Below, piece by piece: positions 25,553-34,857 of a stretch of 64,000 bases of DNA (positions are counted from its first letter, which is position 1; the number at the start of each line of letters is the position of its first letter). The notes beneath the pieces are model-generated. The model worked only from the letters and a program-made list of their open reading frames with translations, searched no databases and was not told the DNA's origin. Source of the stretch: an uncultured Candidatus Saccharibacteria bacterium. GTDB lineage: Bacteria > Patescibacteriota > Minisyncoccia > Sungbacterales > HO2-52-23. The DNA lies in NCBI GenBank assembly GCA_964585475.1, contig CAZPDF010000002.1, forward strand, positions 1,631-65,630. The letters are read 5' to 3'. The position numbers and the translations under genes are program-made.

Positions 25553-25745
25553 CCCCCGGAGAAACTCGGCACCAAAGTTATGGTGCAAAAAATAGGGGAG
25601 AGAGGGAAAATTGTGGTGGAATTTTACCCCCACACCTATTAAACGCAATTGAAATTGGTGCGAAGCACAGCGTTTAATAGGTGTGGGGGTTTATTCGGAC
25701 GAGGAGTTAAGAGGGATTCTTGATAAACTTATTCGAGAGGTATAG
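25553..25745 (+). pseudogene. Diverged duplicate of the parB 3' end, interrupted by a 63-bp palindromic element
   Basis: PEKLGTKVMVQKIGERGKIVVEFY-[insert]-SDEELRGILDKLIREV* versus genuine ParB LGTKVRVEKLGERGKIVVEFYSDEELRGILDKLIREV* at 24160-24277. Confidence 0.6.
25627..25689. repeat. Palindromic element, CCCCCACACCTATT family, inside the parB-tail remnant
   Basis: cccccacacctattaaacgc-aattgaaattggtgcgaagcaca-gcgtttaataggtgtggggg has 20-bp perfect TIRs; second family member at 58200-58322. Confidence 0.7.
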
Positions 25746-25752
25746 GGGGATA

Positions 25753-25894
25753 CTTGACCCCGCCTTTGAAAAGGACTGCCTGAGGGCAGATACCTATTTT
25801 GGCAGTTAGAGCCTGATCAATCACGTCAGGGTCTTTTTATTAAACCCACTTAACTTTTTAGAATCTGTCCTTTTCAAGGGCGGGGTTGACAAGT
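25753..25894. repeat. About 25-bp imperfect inverted repeat pair flanking a 90-bp hairpin-rich spacer; the right arm carries the -35 of the downstream promoter
   Basis: acttgaccccgcctttgaaaaggac ... gtccttttcaagggcggggttgacaagt. Confidence 0.5.
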
Positions 25895-25914
25895 GGATAA
25901 GGGAGGGTTAAGAC
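25886..25914 (+). promoter_or_regulatory. sigma70-like promoter
   Basis: TTGACA, then the 17-nt spacer agtggataagggagggt, then TAAGAC; AGGAG RBS and ATG at 25944. Confidence 0.45.
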
Positions 25915-25943
25915 TGATTCGGTTCTTGATATAGGAGTGGTGC

Positions 25944-26288
25944 ATGACAACCATTGCATCTTCCAGCATTTTGCGCGATCTCGCAGATGGGAGTTCTATT
26001 CCTGCTGGCCCCCTCGTGTTATTTACCTCTCCGGAAGATGGAAAAAAGCGAATCGGCTGGATTCAGGAGGTCGATTATGATCGAAAATATATTCTTGTCG
26101 CGCAGGAGCAAGAATATACCCGTATCACATTTGCAGATTTTCGAAGGCTTCAAGTGCAACTAGTCGATATTGACCATAAGTCACCGGCAGCCTACATCGT
26201 TATGCGGTATAAAGAAGCGATGGAGGAGTTGCGAAGAACGCGACAGGAACTTTTCGAATTACTTCACTTTAATGGAATTACTATTTAG
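25944..26288 (+). CDS. hypothetical protein
   Basis: 114-aa ORF with promoter, RBS and terminator. Confidence 0.4.
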   Translation: MTTIASSSILRDLADGSSIPAGPLVLFTSPEDGKKRIGWIQEVDYDRKYILVAQEQEYTRITFADFRRLQVQLVDIDHKSPAAYIVMRYKEAMEELRRTRQELFELLHFNGITI

Positions 26289-26294
26289 TCGCCA

Positions 26295-26320
26295 TCGGCC
26301 CCCCCGCGGGCCTTTTTTTA
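26295..26320 (+). terminator. rho-independent terminator
   Basis: cggcccccccgcgggcc plus ttttttt. Confidence 0.7.
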
Positions 26321-26507
26321 TTTCACCCCTTTGGTTTGGTAAACTGCTGATTATGCGAATCCGCGTGTCGTTTGAGGGCCTTGCGAGGCGGAGCGGCCAT
26401 GGTTTTCCGCCGGAGGCGGAAAGAGCGACGCCGAGCACGGGAGGTGAGGACGCCTCGGCGGGGCGTCCGACAGCCGTACCGAAAACGACATGTGGATGAG
26501 CGATCTT

Positions 26508-28244
26508 CTAAAGCAGTTTATACCCCACCTCCTCCACTCCTTTCACCTCTTTCAGTTTCACCCTGGTTTTCTCAAGCTGGACGCGATTTTTAAAAGGGGC
26601 CTGGATTGATAAAACCGCCCAGGCCTGATTTTTGGTATCGGTAACCACTTTTTTTATATTTATTTTTTGCCGAGCGAGAACGTTGGTAACGTCCCTCAAA
26701 AGCCCCACACGATCTTTGATGGTGAGATTCAGTTCAACGGTTTCTCCGCCTCGTTTTTCAAACGTGTTCTCCTCCCGAAGTTTTTTCAAAACCGAAGACA
26801 CTTTTTTCCGCGCTTGCGCGCTTTTGACAAACCCAAGCCAGTCGCGGCTTGGCTTTTTATTTTTCTGCGTCAAAATTTCAACGACGTCCCCGTTTTTCAA
26901 TTGATGATCCAGCGCCGTCATTTTGCCATTTACTTTGGCTCCGGTGGCGCTGTTTCCTATGTCCGTATGAATATGGTAGGCAAAGTCCACTGGCGTTGCT
27001 CCTTCCGGCAGATCAAAGACATCGCCTTTTGGGGTAAGTACGAAAATACGGTTTTTGAAGAAATCAATTTTCAATGATTCAAGAAATTCGTCCGGCTTAT
27101 CAAATTCTTTCTGCCATTCGCGCAATTGCTCGATCCAAGCGTACTGTTTCCGGTTCACTAGGGCCTGCTTTTCTTCGGCGTATGAGGCGGTTTGAGTTCT
27201 TTTGAATTCGGAGTACGCCCAGTGCGCGGCAATGCCATATTCTGCTTCCTCGTGTATCTCATCCGTCCGCATCTGTATTTCCACCGGCCTTTCTTCCGGC
27301 CCAAAAACCGTCGTGTGGAGAGAGCGGTAGCCATTGGGTTTGGGCAGGGCAATATAGTCCTTGATTTTTCCCGGCATCGGGCGCCAGAGCTTGTGTACTA
27401 CACCCAGGGTCGCGTAGCAGTCCTCTACTGTCGGCACGATTACCCTAAGCGCCACGAGATCGGTGATTTTGGAAATATCCATATCGTATTTAAGGAGTTT
27501 TTTATACAAGCTGTAGTAGCGTTTGGCCCGCGCGTGAATATCGAGGAATTTTATTTTTTCTCGAGCCAGCTCCTCCGCGATAAAGGGCTTTATTTTTTTG
27601 ACGTATTGATCCCAATCCTCGTATTTCTCTTGGGCCGTGCGCATGATCCATTCGTGCTCCTTGGGATATACATAAGGGAACGCTAAATCCTCGAGTTTCC
27701 CGGATAGTTCTTGTATGCCCAGGCGGTACGCAAGAGGTGCGTAAATTTCAAGGGTTTCTAAAGCGATCCGCCGCTGTTTTTCCGGCGGCAGGTGACCCAA
27801 AGTTTCCATATTGTGGGTACGGTCTACGAGTTTAAGAAGCACAATCCGAATATCTTCGGCGATCGCAAGGAACATTTTTCTCAAGCTCTCGGCGGTTCTT
27901 TCCGTGCCTCTGTAGCGGATTTTGTCGAGTTTCGTCACGCCTTCAACCAAAAATGCGATTTCATCCCCAAAATTTTTCTTTATATCCGCAATCGTATATT
28001 CGGTATCTTCGCAAACATCATGAAGGAGGGCGGCGGCAATTGTCGGCGCATCAAGCCGCATCTCGGCAAGCCGCAGCGCCGTGGCCATGGGGTGCACGAT
28101 ATAGGGCTCGCCGGATTTTCGTTTTTGGCCTTCGTGGGCGTGGGACGCAAAATCATACGCTTTTTTGATAAGCGCTGAATCTTGGTCCGGCCGCGCCTGA
28201 ATTTTCATTTTTTCCAAAAGCGAATTGACGGTCATGATAGCCAT
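26508..28244 (-). CDS. bifunctional (p)ppGpp synthetase/hydrolase, RelA/SpoT (Rel) family
   Basis: HD domain HDVCEDT; synthetase motifs (DLVALRVIV, RSLHTTV); TGS (IFVLTPKGDVFDLPEGATPVDFAYHIHTDIG); C-terminal ACT-like; start at MAIMTVNSLLEK. Confidence 0.9.
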   Translation of the reverse strand: MAIMTVNSLLEKMKIQARPDQDSALIKKAYDFASHAHEGQKRKSGEPYIVHPMATALRLAEMRLDAPTIAAALLHDVCEDTEYTIADIKKNFGDEIAFLVEGVTKLDKIRYRGTERTAESLRKMFLAIAEDIRIVLLKLVDRTHNMETLGHLPPEKQRRIALETLEIYAPLAYRLGIQELSGKLEDLAFPYVYPKEHEWIMRTAQEKYEDWDQYVKKIKPFIAEELAREKIKFLDIHARAKRYYSLYKKLLKYDMDISKITDLVALRVIVPTVEDCYATLGVVHKLWRPMPGKIKDYIALPKPNGYRSLHTTVFGPEERPVEIQMRTDEIHEEAEYGIAAHWAYSEFKRTQTASYAEEKQALVNRKQYAWIEQLREWQKEFDKPDEFLESLKIDFFKNRIFVLTPKGDVFDLPEGATPVDFAYHIHTDIGNSATGAKVNGKMTALDHQLKNGDVVEILTQKNKKPSRDWLGFVKSAQARKKVSSVLKKLREENTFEKRGGETVELNLTIKDRVGLLRDVTNVLARQKINIKKVVTDTKNQAWAVLSIQAPFKNRVQLEKTRVKLKEVKGVEEVGYKLL

Positions 28245-28283
28245 AGTGTATTCTAAAGAAGGTCCTTTTTCAAGGAGAAAATT

Positions 28284-28658
28284 ATGGTACTCAAGGGGGT
28301 ACTGCAGAAGCGTCCAACCGAAATCGCGGCAGAATGCATAGCTGTCATTCTTTCTGAGATCCCCATGAATTATGAATTTCATCAAGTTGTGCGCGAGCGC
28401 GCCAAAGACTTGATCAAGAGACGTTCTCAAAAATTAGGCGAAGGTCCACGGCTCTCAAATAGTGATCACGAAACTGCCGCACGCCTTGTGGCCGGAATGT
28501 CCATGTACTATATGTACGCATCAGAATGCGAAGCCGTGCTGGATGAAGTGTTTCTCAAGGCGCAACGGATCAAGGCGGAACTTGACTCAATTACCTCCAC
28601 GAGAGACCACCTTGAATGGCTTGAAGTAGCGGCAGATGTACGAGGAACTAAGAAATAA
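28284..28658 (+). CDS. hypothetical protein, divergent from rel
   Basis: AGGAG RBS 7 nt upstream of ATG; terminator downstream. Confidence 0.4.
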   Translation: MVLKGVLQKRPTEIAAECIAVILSEIPMNYEFHQVVRERAKDLIKRRSQKLGEGPRLSNSDHETAARLVAGMSMYYMYASECEAVLDEVFLKAQRIKAELDSITSTRDHLEWLEVAADVRGTKK

Positions 28659-28685
28659 AGCGCCCCCTCGGGCGCTGTTTTTATT
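28659..28685 (+). terminator. rho-independent terminator
   Basis: gcgccccctcgggcgc plus tgtttttatt. Confidence 0.7.
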
Positions 28686-28748
28686 GATCCGAAAGAAAAC
28701 TAGTTTTCTGACTAGTTTTCTTTAGCAGGTTCCTCGTTTTTCTTTCTT

Positions 28749-28897
28749 GCCCCGCACCTTTGTCGCGAGATAATAATTTTGCAACACGCTTCGCGCGTCG
28801 AGGGATTGGCTATTCGCCACCGCGTGTTGCGGAAGTTATTTGAGTAGAGGGTTTATCGGACTAGCTCTTCCATCTCGTGGCGACAAAGGTGCGGGGC
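28749..28897. repeat. MITE-like palindromic element, CCCCGCAC-TIR family
   Basis: 5' arm gccccgcacctttgtcgcgaga and 3' arm tcgtggcgacaaaggtgcggggc; the internal block gagggattggctattcgccaccgcg resembles the interior of the copy at 240-393. Confidence 0.6.
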
Positions 28898-28919
28898 GCT
28901 GAAAGGACTAGCTAAACTT

Positions 28920-31028
28920 CTACGCATCTTTCGATGCTTGAAATTTAGAGTCCTTTCGCGGGTCAGTCCAACTGGCATAGTCACAGGCGGGATACCGGGA
29001 ACAGCCAAAAAATATTTTTTTGCGCCTAGTCCAGCGGACTATGACGTCTCCCTCCTTACATTTAGGGCACTTCATGCCGATTGTCTCAGGGACGCTGTTT
29101 TTCAGGGTCTTGGTAGTTTTACACTCGGGGAAGCCGGAGCAGGCGAGAAACTTTCCGAAGCGGCCCAGACGCACCACCATGGGTTTCCCGCATTTTTCGC
29201 AGACCTCCTCGGTTGTTTCGGCGACAGCATGTTTTTTAACGGTGGTGTATTTTTCAGTAAGGCGCCGCGCAAAGGGATCATAAAATTCGCGGACCACCGG
29301 CTGCCAGCCGATTTTCCCCTCGGCAATTTCATCGAGTTCATCCTCCATACGCGCGGTAAATTGGATATCCACGATTTCCGGGAAATGCTCAACTAAGAGG
29401 TCGTTAACCAAGACGCCGGTTTCGGTGGGTTTAAGCAGCCGCCTCTCGATTCTCTCGACATATCCGCGATCCTGCACGGTGGATATTATGGGCGCGTAAG
29501 TTGAGGGCCGCCCGATGCCATATTTTTCAAGGGTTTTGATAAGCGTTGCCTCGGAATATCTTGGTGGGGGTTCGGTGAAATGCTGAAGGGGCTTCAGTTC
29601 CATAAGCTCTAATTTGTCTTGTGGCTTAAGATCAGGCAGGGCCATTTCCGTGAATTTAAGCGGATAAACTTTTAAGAAACCGTCGAATTTCATAATTTGT
29701 CCGGTCGCGCGGAAAGTATGGGTTTTGTCTTTCGTTGCGGCAGCGATATCCACGGCCGTCATGTCGAATATTGCTTCGGGCATCTGGGTCGCTACGAAGC
29801 GCCGCCAGACAAGTTCGTATAGTTTAAATTGGCGTCTCTCTAAAAATTGTTGTACGGATTCCGGGGTTCGCCAGGGATCGGTCGGGCGGATGGCCTCATG
29901 CGCTTCTTGGGCTCTCGCTGTTTTGGTTTTAAAACGGCGGGGCGAGGCAAGAGAATAATTCTTACCAAGCTCTTTTGTTAAAAAAGCGCCGGCTTCTTTA
30001 AGCGAATCCTCGCTTAGATTAACCGAATCGGTTCGCATATAAGTGATGAGTCCAACCGGGCCCTCGCCTAGTTCGACTCCTTCGTAGAGCTGCTGTGCCA
30101 GTACCATGGTTTGTTTGGCTGAGAAACCAAGCCGTTTAAAAGATTCTTGCTGAAGAGTAGAGGTGGTGAAAGGCGGAAGCGGTTTTTTCGCTTGAGCCCG
30201 CTTTTCTACGCGTTCCACGGCCCAGGAGGCGCCGTTAAGTTCTCGAACGATTTTGTCGGCATCGGCCTGCGAAGCTATGCCAAATTTCTCGATGGTATTG
30301 CTGGCGATTTTCACAAGAAGTGCTTCAAATTTTTGTTCATTTTCGTCGCGCGGTTTGAGAAGGGCCGAGATGGTCCAATATTCCTGCGAGTTGAAATTTT
30401 GTATTTCTCGTTCGCGTTCTACAATTAGTCGCACTGCGACCGATTGTACGCGTCCGGCAGAGAGCCCTCGGTATACTTTTTTCCAAAGAAATGGGGAAAG
30501 TTTGTAGCCGACCAAGCGGTCAAGGACCCTGCGTGCCTGCTGGGCGTCCACCCGCTTCATATCAATATCGCGCGGGTTTTTAAGCGCCTCATCAATCGCA
30601 CGTTTAGTAATTTCGTGAAAAACAATCCTTTCTATCGCGGCTTTCGGCTTTCGGCTTTCGGCTTTCGGCTTTTTTGAATTTTCTCCTTTTTGTTGGGAGT
30701 TGGGAGCTGGGAGTTGGGAGCTATCGTTCAGGCCCAGGGCCTGAACGAGATGCCACGCTATGGCTTCTCCCTCGCGATCCTCGTCAGTTGCGAGTATAAT
30801 TTTTTCCGCATGCGCGCTCTCCTTCTTTAGTTTTTTCACCACCGCGGTTGATTTTTTGGGAATCACGTACTGCGGCTCGAAATTGTTCTCTACATCCACC
30901 CCAAGTTTGGATCCAGGCAGGTCGCGGATATGGCCGAAAGAGGACTCCACTACAAAATCGCTCCCGAGGAAGCGGGAGATGGTTCTTGCCTTGGTGGGGC
31001 TTTCCACGATGACTAAGTTTTTGGCCAT
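28920..31028 (-). CDS. topA: DNA topoisomerase I, with in-frame low-complexity insertion in the Toprim region
   Basis: MAKNLVIVESPTKARTISRFLG...DREGEAIAWH...; C-terminal zinc ribbons CEKCGKPMVV...CSGFPEC, CPKC...; insertion NDSSQLPAPNSQQKGENSKKPKAESRKPKAA from the tandem repeats at 30636-30745. Confidence 0.95.
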   Translation of the reverse strand: MAKNLVIVESPTKARTISRFLGSDFVVESSFGHIRDLPGSKLGVDVENNFEPQYVIPKKSTAVVKKLKKESAHAEKIILATDEDREGEAIAWHLVQALGLNDSSQLPAPNSQQKGENSKKPKAESRKPKAAIERIVFHEITKRAIDEALKNPRDIDMKRVDAQQARRVLDRLVGYKLSPFLWKKVYRGLSAGRVQSVAVRLIVEREREIQNFNSQEYWTISALLKPRDENEQKFEALLVKIASNTIEKFGIASQADADKIVRELNGASWAVERVEKRAQAKKPLPPFTTSTLQQESFKRLGFSAKQTMVLAQQLYEGVELGEGPVGLITYMRTDSVNLSEDSLKEAGAFLTKELGKNYSLASPRRFKTKTARAQEAHEAIRPTDPWRTPESVQQFLERRQFKLYELVWRRFVATQMPEAIFDMTAVDIAAATKDKTHTFRATGQIMKFDGFLKVYPLKFTEMALPDLKPQDKLELMELKPLQHFTEPPPRYSEATLIKTLEKYGIGRPSTYAPIISTVQDRGYVERIERRLLKPTETGVLVNDLLVEHFPEIVDIQFTARMEDELDEIAEGKIGWQPVVREFYDPFARRLTEKYTTVKKHAVAETTEEVCEKCGKPMVVRLGRFGKFLACSGFPECKTTKTLKNSVPETIGMKCPKCKEGDVIVRWTRRKKIFFGCSRYPACDYASWTDPRKDSKFQASKDA
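30636..30745. repeat. Tandem heptamer repeats (CGGCTTT x4; GTTGGGAG/CTGGGAG x4) plus a perfect palindrome, in-frame within topA
   Basis: ctttcggctttcggctttcggctttcggctttt...gttgggagttgggagctgggagttgggagct...tcgttcaggcccagggcctgaacga. Confidence 0.75.
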
Positions 31029-31076
31029 TTAGTATTGGATGCGAATTTCTACTAATAATGCAAATCTACGAATATG

Positions 31077-31463
31077 CTAATTTTGTTCTTTAGCATTAGA
31101 GTTTATTACTCTTTTGGGTTTAAGTCTACGCTCGCGAAAGTTTATTAGAATACCCAATTTTAAACCGGTTGTTTGTAAATAACGTTTAAGTTGATAATAA
31201 TCATCTTTTGTTAAATAGTGCCTTGTTTTCAGTTCCAGAATTATTTTGTTGTCTATGAGGAAATCAGCGTAACTTATTCCTCCGAGCTTCCTATTTTTGA
31301 ATTCCAGTTCTATAGGATATTCGCGTTTGAAGGGGATCCTAGATTCTTTTAAGAGCGTTTCTAACGCATCGCCATACTGTTTTTCGTTAAGCAGTCTCCC
31401 CAGTTGGTTGTGTGCTTCGTAACACATCCCGCAAATTTTATAAGAAAGTTCCGGATAGATCAA
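31077..31463 (-). CDS. PD-(D/E)xK nuclease-superfamily small protein (possibly GxxExxY-type)
   Basis: GISYADFLIDNKIILELKT has the D...E.K restriction-endonuclease-like motif; 128 aa. Confidence 0.45.
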   Translation of the reverse strand: MIYPELSYKICGMCYEAHNQLGRLLNEKQYGDALETLLKESRIPFKREYPIELEFKNRKLGGISYADFLIDNKIILELKTRHYLTKDDYYQLKRYLQTTGLKLGILINFRERRLKPKRVINSNAKEQN

Positions 31464-31525
31464 TTTTTGTACGGTGATTTGCCTATTTGTAGATCTGCAT
31501 GATTCGCATTAGTATTTGCATCCAA

Positions 31526-32614
31526 TTATATTCTTTGGTAAACGTTTCCTCCCAAGTTTCTTACCCTATTTTTAAGCTCAAGCATGGAGAGTGAAGCCAT
31601 GATGACCGGAACCGCATATCCAGTTTTTTCTTTTAGGGCATCAATACCCAAGGGACTCTCCAAAATTTCAAGGAGAGTTTTTTCTTCTTCGCTTGCCATA
31701 GAATCGCGTTCTTCACTCTCCTTAGTAGTATACTCGATTCCTAGTTCCTCCAAAATGTCTTCGGCCGTTCGAACGAGTTTTGCTCCCTGCTGGATAAGTA
31801 GCATAGGACCGGCCGAGGTCGGCGAAAATATCGAACCCGGCACCGCAAAAACTTCTCGATTTTGTTCCAAGGCAAAGCGTGCAGTAATAAGCGCACCGGA
31901 TTTTTCGCGGGCTTCCACCACCACTACTCCCAGCGCGAGGCCGGAAATGATGCGGTTTCGCTGAGGGAAGTGGTCTTTCAAGGCCGGGGTGCCGGGCGAA
32001 TATTCCCCTATAATTGCTCCGCCAGTATCAACAATGCGGCGCGCAAGACCCCGATTTTCCGGCGGGAATATGGAATTTGGGTCAAGCCCGGATCCTAAAA
32101 CCGCAACGGTTAAGCCCTTGGTTTCGATGGCCGCTTCGTGCGCGCGCGCATCAATGCCGGTAGCAAGCCCGCTAATAATACTAAAACCGGCTTGAGTCAG
32201 GGCATAAGACAGCGCTTCGGCGACTTCCAAGCCGTAGTTCGTCGGCCTTCTGGTTCCGACGATTGCGATCGAAAGATTTCTCGCCAGGATTTTCGGCTCT
32301 CCGCGGCCGTAAAGAATTACGGGAGAAGCGTGAATTTCGCGCAGGCGTTCGGGATAGGCAGGGTCCTCTTCCGTGATCACCCACATATTTTCGCGGATTA
32401 GTTTTTCGAGTTCCTTGTCTGGATGGAGCGAGGGTCTTTTCCAGAGAATCGCCTGGATGGCGCGCGGATCAAGGCACGCCTCGACAAAAGCCGACTCTCC
32501 CGCGCGCCACGCCTCCTCATATGCCGCAAAATGTTTTTTTAACGCGCGTAAAGAGGCCGGTCCGATGCCGGGAATGGAATTGAATGCATGCAAAAACTTT
32601 AAGTCACTACTCAT
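31526..32614 (-). CDS. dprA: DNA processing protein DprA (Smf)
   Basis: IAIVGTRRPTNYGLEVAEALSYALTQAGFSIISGLATGIDARAHEAAI...TVAVLGSGLD Rossmann-like DprA core. Confidence 0.85.
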   Translation of the reverse strand: MSSDLKFLHAFNSIPGIGPASLRALKKHFAAYEEAWRAGESAFVEACLDPRAIQAILWKRPSLHPDKELEKLIRENMWVITEEDPAYPERLREIHASPVILYGRGEPKILARNLSIAIVGTRRPTNYGLEVAEALSYALTQAGFSIISGLATGIDARAHEAAIETKGLTVAVLGSGLDPNSIFPPENRGLARRIVDTGGAIIGEYSPGTPALKDHFPQRNRIISGLALGVVVVEAREKSGALITARFALEQNREVFAVPGSIFSPTSAGPMLLIQQGAKLVRTAEDILEELGIEYTTKESEERDSMASEEEKTLLEILESPLGIDALKEKTGYAVPVIMASLSMLELKNRVRNLGGNVYQRI

Positions 32615-32689
32615 TAGTATCTCACCCTACTACATTTTATTTTTTTCGGCAAACATGCTAGGGTAATTCAAAAGCAACACGGGGGATCA

Positions 32690-33214
32690 ATGCGAACCAC
32701 CGGTGCGGTCTCCGCAGTTCTTTTACTGGTCGTCCTCCTTGGCGGATGTGCTCAAGCGACTTATATGGTATATATCCCGTCTGCTTCTACGCTTTCCCGC
32801 ATTCATCCGTTGGGTATGACGGTCTATGATTCAGGCGGTCTGCCCCTAAGAGAGCACGAGTGGCCATCTCTTTTTTCGGTCATGGATGACGCCTACACTT
32901 CATTACGGGAGTGTATTGGCACGGGAGACGAAAGTATCTGGGAGGAGGTTCGCCGGGTTCCGATTGTTATTGTCCCCGCGGCGCGTTCCTCTCCTGAAGA
33001 ATTTCCTGAAGAGGCCGGGATTATGTTTTACCGCTGGCGCCATCAGGAGCGCTGGCGCTTCGGCCCCCTGCTGATATTGGTTCGTGGCTCGGCCATTGCC
33101 GCTCCCTCCTTTCGGGCCGAATGGATTCACGCTTTTCTTTATTTTTCCGGAGAGGGTCATAAGGCCAACTTTCTTCTCCACCAAAGTCCCTTATTTAAGA
33201 AGTGTGAATATTAG
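32690..33214 (+). CDS. lipoprotein, paralog pair A1
   Basis: Signal plus lipobox LLGGCAQ; shares HPLGM.VYD, VPI.I.P, EWIH..LYF.G and FK.C blocks with 33313-33804. Confidence 0.5.
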   Translation: MRTTGAVSAVLLLVVLLGGCAQATYMVYIPSASTLSRIHPLGMTVYDSGGLPLREHEWPSLFSVMDDAYTSLRECIGTGDESIWEEVRRVPIVIVPAARSSPEEFPEEAGIMFYRWRHQERWRFGPLLILVRGSAIAAPSFRAEWIHAFLYFSGEGHKANFLLHQSPLFKKCEY

Positions 33215-33235
33215 CCATATTTCCCTAGATAGTAC

Positions 33236-33257
33236 GCGGCAGCAATGCCGCTTTTTG
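33236..33257 (+). terminator. rho-independent terminator (duplicated with the paralog)
   Basis: gcggcagcaatgccgc plus tttttg; identical hairpin at 33811. Confidence 0.65.
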
Positions 33258-33312
33258 ATTTCTTGGGCAAATGTATTAAGGTGATCTTATCATTGCGAAA
33301 GAGGCGTAAGAA

Positions 33313-33804
33313 GTGAGACCACGATTGTTACCTGTGGCTATTGTTCTTTCCATGGCCCTTTCCGGATGCGGCCTTCAGCACTTCTTGCGAGCGCCAAATC
33401 CTGCGGTCCCGCATCGCCAGCATCCTTTAGGCATGCTGGTGTATGATGAGGCCGAAAAGGTTGTCGAAGAAACGGAGTGGGCTTGGCGATTTGGGATTAT
33501 TGGTGATGCCTACTCAACGTTCAAGGCATGCATCAACCCGGAAGACCCGGAGATAGACAGAGCATTGAGAAATGTTCCTATTATCATCTTGCCGCCGGAG
33601 CCCATAATAATTTTGGGGCAAGATACGCATGCATTTACGAATCTGCGTACAATGTTCCTTCGCTCCGATTTTTTTCACAGGCCGGAATTGCGGCACGAGT
33701 GGATACATATATATCTTTTTGTAACCGGTAAAAGATTTTTGGGAGATCTACTGCATCGCGACCAGCGCTTTAAGTCGTGTTGGCGCATACCCGATAATGA
33801 TTAG
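33313..33804 (+). CDS. lipoprotein, paralog pair A2
   Basis: Signal plus lipobox ALSGCG; conserved blocks shared with 32690-33214. Confidence 0.5.
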   Translation: MRPRLLPVAIVLSMALSGCGLQHFLRAPNPAVPHRQHPLGMLVYDEAEKVVEETEWAWRFGIIGDAYSTFKACINPEDPEIDRALRNVPIIILPPEPIIILGQDTHAFTNLRTMFLRSDFFHRPELRHEWIHIYLFVTGKRFLGDLLHRDQRFKSCWRIPDND

Positions 33805-33810
33805 TTTCCT

Positions 33811-33833
33811 GCGGCAGCAATGCCGCTTTTTTG
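33811..33833 (+). terminator. rho-independent terminator
   Basis: gcggcagcaatgccgc plus ttttttg. Confidence 0.65.
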
Positions 33834-33891
33834 TTTGACTCTGCACTAGGCGTCTGTTAGTATGAGCGCGGTTCTTAATAATAAAGGCGGG

Positions 33892-34770
33892 ATGATGGAC
33901 GGAAAGATCTTTTTAGCAACGCTTTCATTGGGCCTTTTTGCTTTAGCGTGTAGCGGCATCGGTGTTTCGCGGCAGGCCTTGGTCGAGGGAGCAAGGTTAT
34001 TTGATGGAGAATTTATAGTTGCCGCAGACGGCATTTATACTTTTGCTCATTACTATTCTCACCCCGAAAATGGGCGGAAGGTGATTATGGTAGGCATGAA
34101 TCATGGAGGCGATAAAGAATATTTTGCTGCAATAGAAAATATTCTTCGGGGCACGGAGGTCGTGTTATTTGAGGGATCTATATCAAAAAAGATTGACGAG
34201 GAAGCAAAGAAGAAGGACGCCGAAAAGATTAAAAGCGATAATGCCCATGAGGCGTTTCTTGTTTCTATTGCAACCTACTTCTGGGAAGCTCCGAGGTATC
34301 TTGAGCTTCTTCGAGAGTCGCAGGCCATTAATCATCGAAGGGAAAATTGGTTTGTAGGCGATGCCGAATTTTTTAGAAAGTTTCGGGATAAAGAGTCTCT
34401 GCGTATAATGAATGAGAAATTCGAGCGCCACTTCGAAGCGTATCCACTGGAACGGAAGATAAAGATAGTAGAATATCTAAGGGGTGCGCTCGCAAAGATC
34501 GAGCAGAAAACGTTTACGCGAAGGGACTTCGGAGAATCATTTGTCGTGCTTTGGTCCGACCCCAGCTTTGTTGAATTGATTCTCGGAATTCTTGGCGCTC
34601 CCAGAGACGAGATGGTTTTTAAAACCTTTGACCAACTGATTCACGAGAAAAATCCGCAGACGATTGGTATTAAATTCGGTGCCGGACACATGTCGAATCA
34701 AAGGAGATTGCTTGAGCAGCGCGGATACATTCATCAATTCTCGACCCCGCTGAGAAACCTAAAATTTTAA
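33892..34770 (+). CDS. TraB/GumN-family lipoprotein (tentative)
   Basis: MMDGKIFLATLSLGLFALACSG lipobox; VGMNHGG near the N-terminus and FGAGHM near the C-terminus resemble TraB/GumN signatures. Confidence 0.45.
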   Translation: MMDGKIFLATLSLGLFALACSGIGVSRQALVEGARLFDGEFIVAADGIYTFAHYYSHPENGRKVIMVGMNHGGDKEYFAAIENILRGTEVVLFEGSISKKIDEEAKKKDAEKIKSDNAHEAFLVSIATYFWEAPRYLELLRESQAINHRRENWFVGDAEFFRKFRDKESLRIMNEKFERHFEAYPLERKIKIVEYLRGALAKIEQKTFTRRDFGESFVVLWSDPSFVELILGILGAPRDEMVFKTFDQLIHEKNPQTIGIKFGAGHMSNQRRLLEQRGYIHQFSTPLRNLKF

Positions 34771-34791
34771 CCCGCATCCTGCGGGTTTTTT
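34771..34791 (+). terminator. rho-independent terminator
   Basis: cccgcatcctgcggg plus tttttt. Confidence 0.7.
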
Positions 34792-34857
34792 AAATTGACA
34801 GATGGGCTGTTGTATGCAACGGATACGTTAGTTTCATTCACAAATGAGCGTGGCAGC

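Noticed and set aside
26170-26593. Plus-strand ORFs 26170-26499 and 26372-26593
   Set aside because: They overlap the rel 3' region and terminator, have Arg-rich low-complexity translation and no RBS.
30636-30745. CRISPR array
   Set aside because: Repeat units are 7-8 nt with no spacers, lie inside topA in-frame, and lack cas genes; this is a microsatellite, not CRISPR.
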